Under the pieces are notes generated by a model. It saw only the letters and a program-made list of their open reading frames with translations. It did not search any database and was not told the DNA's origin. Of a stretch of DNA of 38,314 nucleotides, positions 1 through 8,845 are shown one piece after another (the stretch's first letter is position 1; each line of letters starts with the position of its first letter). The position numbers were made by a program, and so were the translations under genes. Source of the stretch: Kiritimatiellia bacterium (GTDB lineage: Bacteria > Verrucomicrobiota > Kiritimatiellia > RFP12 > UBA1067). The stretch lies in the NCBI GenBank assembly GCA_051884935.1, contig JBJEWG010000222.1, forward strand, positions 1-38,314, given 5' to 3'.

Positions 1-4
1 CACC

Positions 5-1273
5 GTGCGCCACATCCAGCGCACGATGAAGGCGCTGGCCGAATCGACGGTGGAGAAGCCGGCGCACGTGAAGATCCTCTTCTACGGGCAGTCCATCGTG
101 GGGCAGCACTGGTCGCGGCAGATGATGGCGGAGCTCACGCGGCGGTACCCGACCGCGAAGTTCGAGGTGCAGAACCGGGCCATCGGCGGCTACGGGGCCG
201 AGCGCCTGAGCCGCACGGCGGAGAGCGACCTCTATCCGTTCTACCCGGACCTGCTCTTCTTCCACGACTACGGCAGCCTCGCGAAGTACGAGGAGATCGT
301 GAAGAAGGTGCGCGAGACGACGACGGCCGAGATCATCCTCTGGTCGAGCCACCTCTCGCGCGGGCAGAGGCCGATGGAGATGCTCGCCGCGCGCGACACG
401 CGCACGAAGACGATCGCCGACATCGCCGCGCGCTACGGCACGATGTACGTGGACCTCAACCGCAAGTGGTGCGAGATGCTCATCCGCAACGGCTGGGCCG
501 AATACGATCTGCTGGCGGACGGCATCCACATGAGCCACAAGTCGCCCGCGCTCGACCTCTACGCGCAGTTCATCTACGAGGACATGGCGCGCCTACCGGG
601 CGCGGCGGCCGAGCCGGCGGTGAACGGGTCCATCGAGTATGTGCCGCTCACCGACCCGCGCGTGAAGACGGCGGCGGACGGCGCGCTCACGCTCTCCTTC
701 TCGGGCAACCGCGTGGTGGCGGTCTCGGACGGCACGGGCGCCGCCGACGCGACGGGGACGCTGCGCCTGGACGGGCGCGACCCGGCGACGTTCCGCGAAC
801 TGTGGTACACCTCGCGCCCGGGCTGCGGACCGATGTGGATGCCGTTCGTCGATCACGTGGACATCGACGCGCCGCCGGTGGCCGAGGCGTGGACGCTGAC
901 CTTCCTCGAAGGGACGAAGCCGGACGCGGACCCGATCATCTATTCCGTCGAGGGCAGCGTGACGGGTCCGGACGGGACGGGGAACACGAAGGAGCGCTTC
1001 CGCTCGAAGTCGGGCCGCGCGGTGCTCGACCCGAAGGACATCAACTGCGTGTGGCAGTATCGCTACGCGAAGAAGGAGGCGAAGGTCGGCTTCACGGTGA
1101 AGTGGGAGACGCGGCCCCTCTTCGCGGCGCCGTACCGGCCCGCGCCCGCCGAGACGCGGACAACCCTGGTGCAGAACTGCGCCAACGGGCCGCACGCGCT
1201 TGAGATCCGTCCGACCGGCGGGAAGCTGGGCATCGGCGGCTTCCTCGTCTACGCGCCGCCGCGCGCGCGGTGA
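5..1273 (+). CDS. SGNH/GDSL hydrolase family protein (probably 5'-truncated by the window edge)
   Basis: Block I-like ILFYGQSI, block II NRAIGG, block V DGIH; extra C-terminal beta-rich domain; frame is open back to the window start. Confidence 0.75.
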   Translation: MRHIQRTMKALAESTVEKPAHVKILFYGQSIVGQHWSRQMMAELTRRYPTAKFEVQNRAIGGYGAERLSRTAESDLYPFYPDLLFFHDYGSLAKYEEIVKKVRETTTAEIILWSSHLSRGQRPMEMLAARDTRTKTIADIAARYGTMYVDLNRKWCEMLIRNGWAEYDLLADGIHMSHKSPALDLYAQFIYEDMARLPGAAAEPAVNGSIEYVPLTDPRVKTAADGALTLSFSGNRVVAVSDGTGAADATGTLRLDGRDPATFRELWYTSRPGCGPMWMPFVDHVDIDAPPVAEAWTLTFLEGTKPDADPIIYSVEGSVTGPDGTGNTKERFRSKSGRAVLDPKDINCVWQYRYAKKEAKVGFTVKWETRPLFAAPYRPAPAETRTTLVQNCANGPHALEIRPTGGKLGIGGFLVYAPPRAR

Positions 1274-1289
1274 GCCGCACGGGGTTTTG

Positions 1290-1298
1290 TGGTATAAT
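1290..1298 (+). promoter_or_regulatory. Extended -10 promoter (TGgTATAAT), leaderless or near-leaderless
   Basis: TATAAT at 1293-1298, 8 nt before ATG 1307; no SD. Confidence 0.6.
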
Positions 1299-1306
1299 CC
1301 CCGGCC

Positions 1307-1942
1307 ATGATGAGCCAGGGACAACAGAAGAAACTCCTCTATCTGCATGGATTCGCGTCCTCGGGGGCCAGCGGCACCGTGGACCTGCTGCGGCATGAAT
1401 ACTGGGGGCGGCGGAAAACCGACAAGGTCGTGGTGCTCGCCCCCGATATTCCCGTCGATCCCGCCGAGGCGCTCCCCATGCTCCAGGCGCTCGTCGCGCG
1501 CGAGCAGCCCACGCTGATCGTCGGCACCTCGATGGGCGGGATGTACGCCCAGCAGCTGCGGGGCTACGAGCGCATCTGCGTGAACCCCTACTTCTCCATG
1601 TCGAAGCTCTACTCCCGCCTGAACGTGGGGCGCCACAAGTGGCTGAGCCCGCGCCAGGACGGCGCGACGACCTTCCAGATCACGAAGGAGATCATCGCCC
1701 ACTTCGCCGAGATGGAGGCGCACCAGTTCGACGGGCTCGACGAGGTCGATCAGCTCTTCTGCCACGCGCTCTTCGGCGATGCGGACGAGTTCGCCGTGGA
1801 GGCCCGGCCCGTCTTCGAGCGGTACTATCCCGGCTGCGCGCAGGTCTTCGAGGGGGGGCACCGCATGAACGCCGAGCTCGTCCACAAGGTCCTCTTCCCG
1901 TTCATCGCCACGCTGGGCGTCTTCGACGCCGGGGGACGATGA
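1307..1942 (+). CDS. YqiA/YcfP family alpha/beta-fold esterase
   Basis: LYLHGFASS oxyanion motif, nucleophile elbow GTSMGG, RICVNP, C-terminal EGGH. Confidence 0.85.
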   Translation: MMSQGQQKKLLYLHGFASSGASGTVDLLRHEYWGRRKTDKVVVLAPDIPVDPAEALPMLQALVAREQPTLIVGTSMGGMYAQQLRGYERICVNPYFSMSKLYSRLNVGRHKWLSPRQDGATTFQITKEIIAHFAEMEAHQFDGLDEVDQLFCHALFGDADEFAVEARPVFERYYPGCAQVFEGGHRMNAELVHKVLFPFIATLGVFDAGGR

Positions 1943-1983
1943 CAATCAATTAGGCGGGCGCGCGGGGTCACCTAGACGATTCT

Positions 1984-2082
1984 GAATTCCACTGCCCAGT
2001 GGATTGAATTCTACTGGGCAGTGGAATTCGTTTTACTGGGCAGTGGAATTTACTCTACTGGGCAGTGGAATTTGTTCCACTG
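1984..2082. repeat. Tandem array of palindromic units, exact 22-bp period (core YACTG-NN-CAGTGGAATT), 4 full + 1 partial copy
   Basis: ACTG cores at 1991, 2013, 2035, 2057, 2079; 1984-2000 is also a perfect inverted complement of 2013-2029. Confidence 0.9.
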
Positions 2083-2100
2083 CGGGCGTCAGCCTCCGTT

Positions 2101-2241
2101 TCTCCCGTCTCTTTCGGTTCCTGTCCTTCTTCCGTTTCGCCTCCGCACGCCATCTCGACGACCGGCCTTTCCGAATTGACTTACTTGATTGTAGAACTTC
2201 CCGTAATTTCCCACTTTACAGGAAAAAAAAAAAGCTACAAT
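2101..2241 (+). promoter_or_regulatory. Promoter cassette with poly(A) spacer: TTTACA (2215-2220) - GG A11 GC - TACAAT (2236-2241), spacer 15 bp
   Basis: Direct reading; upstream CGAATTGACTTACTTGATTGTA box (2172-2193) and pyrimidine tract are shared with 6842-7000. Confidence 0.75.
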
Positions 2242-2291
2242 TGTTGCAGAGTTTGCAGAAATGTTGTCGAGTCATATCGCAAGGAGACAGA

Positions 2292-5200
2292 ATGAAACGA
2301 ATCACGCAAATCGGGTTGTCCGTCGGGACGATGCTGTTTGGGCTGGCCGTCCGGGCGGAAGGCGAAATCTGGCCGGGCGACGGTGCATGGACCATGTCGA
2401 AGATCGAGGCCTTCGGCGAGGTTGACCTGCCGTTCACGCTGGGGACGGGCCTTCTGCGCTACACGGGCTCGACGGCGACGCTGGCGAAGGACGTCGCCCT
2501 GTCACCCGCAGAGGGTCTGCCGGCGACGATCCGCGTGGTGGAACCCGGGACGAGGCTGACGCTTGCCGGCAACGTCACGCAGACCGACGGCGCGTTCATC
2601 AAGGACGGCCCGGGCACGCTGGTGTTCGGCGGCCTAGCCAACGTGGTTGGACAGAACCGGGGTGATGGACGCTATGATACCACCCTCATTGAATGGGACG
2701 AGGAGACGGGACGTCTGGTGCATGGTGCGCAGGGCTATGCGACGTTCACCATCAACGACGGCGGCGTGGTCATGGGTGGTCCAGGTGCGATGAACACCAC
2801 GACCGGCGCATTTTGGGTTGGTTCGCGGACGCAGAGGTCGACCAGCCTCGACATCGTCGGCGGGCAGCACGTGCATCAAAACGACTGGTTCAGCATCTCG
2901 CGCGGTGCGGGCACGACGGACAACGACGTGACGGCGCGTATGTCCGTCTCGGGCGGCGCGGATGTTTCCCTCTCGGGGCTCTGCATCAACTTTCCCAACG
3001 GTCAGCCGAAGTACTATGGTCGCTCGCTGCTGGACATCAAGGACAGAGCAACCGTGTCGGTCCTCCACAACGTCTTTATTGGCGAAGGCGACGGCGAGGC
3101 TCGCGTCCACGTGGGGCCGGACTCCAGACTAATAGCGTTTCAGGAAGAAGGATTTGAGGACGGGATCGGCTTCCAGATTGGGCGGTCGAGCTCGGCCAAG
3201 GCCGACGTCACCGTGGACGGCGGCGAACTCTACTACCACGTTGGCTACGTGCGGGCCGGCAGCAAGTTGACGGTGAAGAACGGCGGTGTCGTCCACATGG
3301 ACCGCACGCTGCCGACCGCCGTCAGGGAAAACTACGGCAATGGCGACGTGCTCGTGGATGGTGGCACGTTCGCGCCATGGACGACGATTGGCCACTCGGG
3401 CACCATGTCCGACTGGTTCAATGGCTCGACCGGCGGCTTCGGCGTCGGCGCGGGTGGCGCGACGCTCGACACGCCTGCGTTCACGCACCTCGGGATGCAG
3501 CCTGTGCGTGCAGCGGAGGGCGCGGCGATCACGAAGACCGGCAGGGGCGTGCTCACGATGTATCCATCGGAGATTCCCGTGACGGCGCGGGAGGGCACGC
3601 TGCGCATGAGCGTGTCGCCGAAGGCGTGGACGAACGGCCTCACCGGTGCGATCGCGATGGCGGAAGGCGCGGCGCTGGAGGTCTCGGGCGACATGGCGCT
3701 CGGCGCGATGCGGGTCGAGGCGGCGGAGGCGACGTTCGACGCCTCGGGGATCGAGCGCGACCGGAACTGGGTGTGCAGCCGATATGCGAGCTGGCGCCCG
3801 GACGGCGTCGTCCAGGCCACCGCGGCCATCAACAACGGCCAAGGCTCCGCGGTCGTCCTCGACGCCAATGTGCCGGTGGACAGGTCCTTCGAGCTGGCCT
3901 TCGACGCATTCCTCTATTCGACGAGCGATCGGCCCGCAGACGGCTGGACGATTTATTTCCAGAAGGCGGGCAACACGACGGTCGGCAACGACAACTATGG
4001 CTACGGAGGCGTTGGCGACTCCTTCGGCGTGGCGGTTGACGTCTACAATTCGCGCATACTCTGGGGAGAGAACGGGACCTACCTTCGGGAGTGCGGCACG
4101 GCGGGGACTCTGGGGCTCTACGGCACCTGGGCAGAGCGCCGCCACTGCAGCCTCGCCTACGACGCGGAGGCCCACCGCGCGACGCTGACGATTCGCCAGC
4201 CGGATGGGCGGGAGGCGAGCTGGTCGCACGACGTGGACATCGCGAAGCTGGTCGGCGCGAACGAGGCGTATCTGGGCTTCGCCGGAGGTACGTATGGGCT
4301 CAACGCGGCCTTCAGCTTCTCCAACATTCGCTTCGTGGAGACGGGCACACAGGCGGCGCACGTGCGCGTAGGCGGCGTGAAGACGCTGGACGCGGGCGAG
4401 ACGTTCACCGCTCGGACGCATCCGAGCGAAGCGCAGAACGGCTTTCTGATGGGGCGCCTCGACTACGCGGACGGCGCGACGCTGAACGTGGAGGACGACC
4501 TCGCCGCCACGGGCCTCGCCGTGCCGCCGCCGCTGACGACGGCGGACCAGTCCCTCTGGCAGCTCGGCGACGGAGCCTACTGGCGCCCGGACGGATCGCT
4601 CGCGCTCTCGCGGCTGCTGGACGGCAGTATAACGATGGGCCATGCTGTCACTACCGCGTACTACCCCTTCGGTGGCAACTGGGAAAGCGACTTCACCTTC
4701 GAGTTGGGCGCGCACGGCGAAGTGCCAGGGGATCAGTTCGTGTGGCAGCTGCTCGGCCCGAGCGGCAGCTTGAACGTGCAGATCCGCTATTACGAGGAGA
4801 ACAGGACGAAGATCTGTCTCCTCATGTGCGGCGCGCTTCATCCGTCGTCTGGTATGGACTTAGGTCAGGTCGATGTCTTGAAGCATGGCCCCGCGCGGGT
4901 TCATCTTGCCTACGACGACGCGGTGCATACGCTCACCGTTTCCATGACGCAGGAGAACGGCGCGCGCTCCACCTGCGTGGTCTTCGCGGACGTCGACATG
5001 GCGGCGGTGACGCAGGCGAACACCACCGCGCAGATCTGGCTTTGGGGCAATGTCGGCGGGAACTACTCCGAGAACGTCGTGCGCGACTTCACGTTCCGCT
5101 CCGACCTGCACGACGCGCGCCTCGCGCGGAAACCCGTGCGTGGCTTCTTTGGCTTCGAGCGCCTGGAGGGCAGCGGCACGCTCGTCAAGACGGGCGCGGG

Positions 5201-6437
5201 CGACCTTGGGCTCGTCGATACGCGGAACGGGCACGCCGCGCTGCGTCTCGCGGAAGGCGGGCTGCGACTCCGCCGCGAGCCGCTGGAGGATCTCGCGCTC
5301 GACGTTCCCGCAGGCTGGTGCTTCTCGCGTGCGGGCGGACGCTACGTCTATCCGAACGGCATCCAGATCGGCGAGCTTGTGGATTTCCACATGTCCACCG
5401 CCCAGACGCGCCATCGGCTGCGCGTGGATGGCGACTGGCGCTGCTCGTTTTCGCTGTGGGTCAACGACGGGACCCCGGCCGACGCCGTCTCGTTCTTCCT
5501 CCACAACGACCCGCGCGGCAACCAGTGCGAGGGCGGCAACACGGCGCAGGCGGGCTTCGACGGCATCGGGAACAGCGTAGCCGTCGCCTGGAACTTCTAC
5601 TCGGGCGGCGATAACACTCTCTTCAGCACGGTGACGGTTGCGCGCAACGGGGAGAATCTGGACTGGACACAGGCCCAGAAGCACGAACCCCTCACACTGC
5701 CGGGCAAGACGACGGACGTCGTGCTTACGTACAACGCCGAGACAAAGACGCTCACGAGCGTGATGACGCAGGGCGAGACAAGCGTGGAGAACACGTTCGC
5801 CGACTTCGACGTGGCCGGCTCGGTGAAGGACGCATATGCGTGGCTCGGCTTCGGCGTGGGCTGCGGTGGCTACGCGGCCACGCCGCGCATCACGAACCTC
5901 AGGTTCGAGCGGCTGGACGACCGCGACGTGCTCGCCGGCGAGAGCTATCTTGCGTCCGTGGATGTGACGGGCGACGCGACGATCCGCCTCGACACGGCGA
6001 AGGCCGGCGGCATTTTCCGTCTGGCGGACACTGTGACGCTGGCGGCGGGCAAGGCGCTGGCGGCGGAGTCCTGCGACCGGCCCGCGACGCTCGCAATGGG
6101 CGCGCTCACGCTTGGCGAGGGCAGCGCACTGGCGGGCGACGCCGATACCGTGATTGCGCCGGAGACGCTCGTGGGCGCGCTGGGCACGGTGGCGATGAAG
6201 GGCGCGACGCTGGCCGTCCCCCTGGCTCAGGTCGAGGCGCGGGCGCTGAAGGACAGCACGCTCGTCCTGACGGGCGGCGCGAAGGTCGCCGTGCCGAAGG
6301 GGTGGTCGCTCTCGCTGCGGCGCGTTGTCGTGGACGACGTGGACGTCGGCACGGGCGTCTTCACGGCCGAGACGGCGGGGTGGGTGGCCTCCGGCGCGGT
6401 GACGCTGGGCAACGGTACGATTGTGATCCTGCGGTAG
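2292..6437 (+). CDS. Large secreted protein (1381 aa) with autotransporter-associated beta-strand repeats and about three L-type (legume) lectin-like domains; no C-terminal beta-barrel
   Basis: SD AAGGAG before ATG 2292; signal peptide MKRITQIGLSVGTMLFGLAVRA; repeats FIKDGPGTLVF, ITKTGRGVLTM, LVKTGAGDLGL; lectin-like PADGWTIYFQ...AYLGFAGGT and PADAVSFFLHND...AWLGFGVG; ends GTIVILR. Confidence 0.8.
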   Translation: MKRITQIGLSVGTMLFGLAVRAEGEIWPGDGAWTMSKIEAFGEVDLPFTLGTGLLRYTGSTATLAKDVALSPAEGLPATIRVVEPGTRLTLAGNVTQTDGAFIKDGPGTLVFGGLANVVGQNRGDGRYDTTLIEWDEETGRLVHGAQGYATFTINDGGVVMGGPGAMNTTTGAFWVGSRTQRSTSLDIVGGQHVHQNDWFSISRGAGTTDNDVTARMSVSGGADVSLSGLCINFPNGQPKYYGRSLLDIKDRATVSVLHNVFIGEGDGEARVHVGPDSRLIAFQEEGFEDGIGFQIGRSSSAKADVTVDGGELYYHVGYVRAGSKLTVKNGGVVHMDRTLPTAVRENYGNGDVLVDGGTFAPWTTIGHSGTMSDWFNGSTGGFGVGAGGATLDTPAFTHLGMQPVRAAEGAAITKTGRGVLTMYPSEIPVTAREGTLRMSVSPKAWTNGLTGAIAMAEGAALEVSGDMALGAMRVEAAEATFDASGIERDRNWVCSRYASWRPDGVVQATAAINNGQGSAVVLDANVPVDRSFELAFDAFLYSTSDRPADGWTIYFQKAGNTTVGNDNYGYGGVGDSFGVAVDVYNSRILWGENGTYLRECGTAGTLGLYGTWAERRHCSLAYDAEAHRATLTIRQPDGREASWSHDVDIAKLVGANEAYLGFAGGTYGLNAAFSFSNIRFVETGTQAAHVRVGGVKTLDAGETFTARTHPSEAQNGFLMGRLDYADGATLNVEDDLAATGLAVPPPLTTADQSLWQLGDGAYWRPDGSLALSRLLDGSITMGHAVTTAYYPFGGNWESDFTFELGAHGEVPGDQFVWQLLGPSGSLNVQIRYYEENRTKICLLMCGALHPSSGMDLGQVDVLKHGPARVHLAYDDAVHTLTVSMTQENGARSTCVVFADVDMAAVTQANTTAQIWLWGNVGGNYSENVVRDFTFRSDLHDARLARKPVRGFFGFERLEGSGTLVKTGAGDLGLVDTRNGHAALRLAEGGLRLRREPLEDLALDVPAGWCFSRAGGRYVYPNGIQIGELVDFHMSTAQTRHRLRVDGDWRCSFSLWVNDGTPADAVSFFLHNDPRGNQCEGGNTAQAGFDGIGNSVAVAWNFYSGGDNTLFSTVTVARNGENLDWTQAQKHEPLTLPGKTTDVVLTYNAETKTLTSVMTQGETSVENTFADFDVAGSVKDAYAWLGFGVGCGGYAATPRITNLRFERLDDRDVLAGESYLASVDVTGDATIRLDTAKAGGIFRLADTVTLAAGKALAAESCDRPATLAMGALTLGEGSALAGDADTVIAPETLVGALGTVAMKGATLAVPLAQVEARALKDSTLVLTGGAKVAVPKGWSLSLRRVVVDDVDVGTGVFTAETAGWVASGAVTLGNGTIVILR

Positions 6438-6465
6438 CGCGGCGACACAGTTGTCGTCTTTGCGC

Positions 6466-6499
6466 GCGACGCCCCCCATGTGGGCGTCGCGTTCTCTTT
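6466..6499 (+). terminator. Possible intrinsic terminator after the lectin-like gene
   Basis: Hairpin GCGACGCCC...GGGCGTCGC followed by GTTCTCTTT. Confidence 0.45.
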
Positions 6500-6841
6500 C
6501 CCCCGATTGCTTTGGCTTGGGTGAATTGTCAACCAGGCGGGTCAATTCCCTGAAGATTCTCCCGAGGGGTTTCGGCGGCGGTTCGGCAGTCCCCGGGGGC
6601 GGACAACACGGAGGAGGCCCCAACAGGCAGATCGGACGGCGAGCCGGGCCGATGCCCGCGTCTCCGGACGTCGACCCGCGCAACTAGCCCCCCCCCCTGT
6701 TGGCGTTGCCTTCGTCGATCCTGTCCTGAGCCCTGAACGGGTCGTATTCGGCGTGGTGGCCTTCATCATGCCGGAGATTGCGGAGCCTTTGCCTTTTTTG
6801 CACGCGGCGCCCCCTAGGGGGGCGTTCCTTTTTCCTTCGCG

Positions 6842-7000
6842 TCTCCCGTCTTTTCCGTTCGTTCCCTGTTCTTCCTTCGTTTCTCCTCCAGTCTCCATCC
6901 CGACTCCTTGCTTTTTCGAATTGACCTACTTGATTGTACGACGTCCCATCTCGTTTTTTCTTATTTCACTCTTTACAGAAAAAAAAAAAAATGCTAGAAT
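6842..7000 (+). promoter_or_regulatory. Promoter cassette with poly(A) spacer: TTTACA (6972-6977) - G A13 TGC - TAGAAT (6995-7000), spacer 17 bp, extended -10 TG
   Basis: Direct reading; CGAATTGACCTACTTGATTGTA box at 6917-6938 is 21/22 identical to 2172-2193. Confidence 0.8.
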
Positions 7001-7100
7001 TTAATTGGAACCACGAGGGCTCGGCGGGTGTCGGGTCCGGGGTGGGTTCGTCTCCTCGAATCGAGCGATTCGGGATATACAGGGAGAGCGGGGCTGAAGG

Positions 7101-8840
7101 ATGAAACAGAGTTGCACGAAGGCTTTTCTCGCTGCGTCGCTTGTCTGTTCGCTGGCGGTGGCGGATGATCTGATCGGGTTCTGGGATTTCAAGGACGGCA
7201 TGGACGCCGCCGAGGTGGGGACGGTCGTCAACAGCCTTGGCGAGGCGGTGTACGCCTCGGACCCGGCGCAGAAGTCGGCCGCGACCGGGCGCATCCCGAC
7301 CTTTTCCGCGAGTGGCCCCGGGCGGGTGGTCGATCCGGTCGATGGGCAGATTCTCTGTGATGATCCGTGGGCGATCGACTTTCACTATGCGGAGCGGGCC
7401 ACGCATCAGGGCGGCTACTTCGACATCCCCGGGCTGGCCGACCGCCTCTCCGAGCTGACGGCCTACACGATCGAGCTCTTCATCAAGTTCGATGCGGATT
7501 TCGACTACTACGATCCCGCGAATACGTACACGTTCACCTCGAAGACGGCGCTCTATGTCCAGTCCGGCGGAAGTCGGTACAAGCTGATCGCGCCGCGAGA
7601 CAAGTACAAGACCTCAGGGCATCCGAACGGGATGAGCCTTGAGACCTATGCCTATGGGACGGTGAAGAACGGCACGGTCGCCATGTCCGGCGACTACGGG
7701 GACGGGGCCTGGCGCCATGTCGCCGTGGTCTATGCGGAGACCAACGCCACCACGCAGGCGGGCGTCCTTTCGTTCTACGTGGAGGGCGCGCTGATTGGCG
7801 AGCTCCCGTATGCGAACGTGCCCGGGTCGAATCTGAAGTTCCGTCTGGGAACGGGCTACATGGCCGGCACGGCGGACAAGACGGCGACCGAATCGACGCA
7901 CGCCTCCCTCTCGTGTCTGCGCGTGACGGCGCGCGCGCTGGAGGTGGGCGACTTCATGATCCTCTCTGACTACGTGCTGCCGGCGGGGACGGTTTTCGCG
8001 CTGAACTTCGACGAGGGCGTCGCCGGCGAGCCGGTGCTGGAAGGGAACACCGGCGTGACCTCCGTGCGGATTCATCCGGGTTCGTCGAGCTGTTCGGTCG
8101 CCTACAACCTCCACGCCGCGTGCCGCCCGCACTATGCCGAGACGGAGAAGAAGGGCCGGACGCTCAAGTGGGGCGAGACGCCCATGTGGAAGGAGAACCT
8201 CTGCCTCTGGTTCCCGGCCTCGTCCCACATTCCCGACGGAGCGGCCAATCGCCAATGGTACGGTTCCATCCTGACCGTGCCGGCCTCGACCGCGGCGGCG
8301 CACAATCCCGCCTCCTGGACGATGGAGGCTCAGGTGAAGCTTGAGCGGGTGGGCGCTCCCGAAGCGGCCTACAAGTCCGGCCACATTTTCGGCAAGTCGG
8401 ACAACGCGGGGGCGCGCAGTGGCAAATGGTCCTGGGCGCTGGCCTGCACTTCGGCGGGCACGCTGTTGCTGAGGTGGACGGAGCGCCCGACGGACGATTT
8501 CACGGATTACGAGGACAAGTCCCCCTACTACAAGGAGGTCAGAACGGAGGGCACCTACTTGCAGGACCTCGCGTGGCACCACGTCGCGCTCTCCTATTCG
8601 GCCACTGCGAAGATGTTCACGCTCTATGTGGACGGCGAGGTCGTGTTGGAACAGCCGCTGCTGGGCGAAGAGCCGACGACCACGCTCTTCGACGGCCCCT
8701 ACGCCTACTGCTTTGGCCGCAGCACGGCCGCAGGCGGGTTCGAGGGGTGGATGGACAATATCCGCTTCACGTCCCGGGTTCTGACGCCCGAGGAATTCGA
8801 GCGCTACACGCCCACGAGCTTCCTCTTGATCATCAAGTGA
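7101..8840 (+). CDS. Secreted protein with two LamG/concanavalin A-like jelly-roll domains
   Basis: Signal peptide; YTIELFIK...WRHVAVVY...SFYVEG and WTMEAQVK...WHHVALSY...LYVDG...FEGWMDNIRFTSRVLTPEEF; ends SFLLIIK. Confidence 0.85.
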   Translation: MKQSCTKAFLAASLVCSLAVADDLIGFWDFKDGMDAAEVGTVVNSLGEAVYASDPAQKSAATGRIPTFSASGPGRVVDPVDGQILCDDPWAIDFHYAERATHQGGYFDIPGLADRLSELTAYTIELFIKFDADFDYYDPANTYTFTSKTALYVQSGGSRYKLIAPRDKYKTSGHPNGMSLETYAYGTVKNGTVAMSGDYGDGAWRHVAVVYAETNATTQAGVLSFYVEGALIGELPYANVPGSNLKFRLGTGYMAGTADKTATESTHASLSCLRVTARALEVGDFMILSDYVLPAGTVFALNFDEGVAGEPVLEGNTGVTSVRIHPGSSSCSVAYNLHAACRPHYAETEKKGRTLKWGETPMWKENLCLWFPASSHIPDGAANRQWYGSILTVPASTAAAHNPASWTMEAQVKLERVGAPEAAYKSGHIFGKSDNAGARSGKWSWALACTSAGTLLLRWTERPTDDFTDYEDKSPYYKEVRTEGTYLQDLAWHHVALSYSATAKMFTLYVDGEVVLEQPLLGEEPTTTLFDGPYAYCFGRSTAAGGFEGWMDNIRFTSRVLTPEEFERYTPTSFLLIIK

Positions 8841-8845
8841 CGGGC

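Noticed and set aside
1984..2082. CRISPR array
   Set aside because: Period is only 22 bp with 4-5 variable nt; no spacers of CRISPR size and no cas genes
2004..2291. N-terminal extension of the 1477-aa ORF, with poly(A) as a coding frameshift switch
   Set aside because: The extension crosses the repeat array and promoter; SD AAGGAG and the signal peptide place the start at 2292, so the tract is in the promoter
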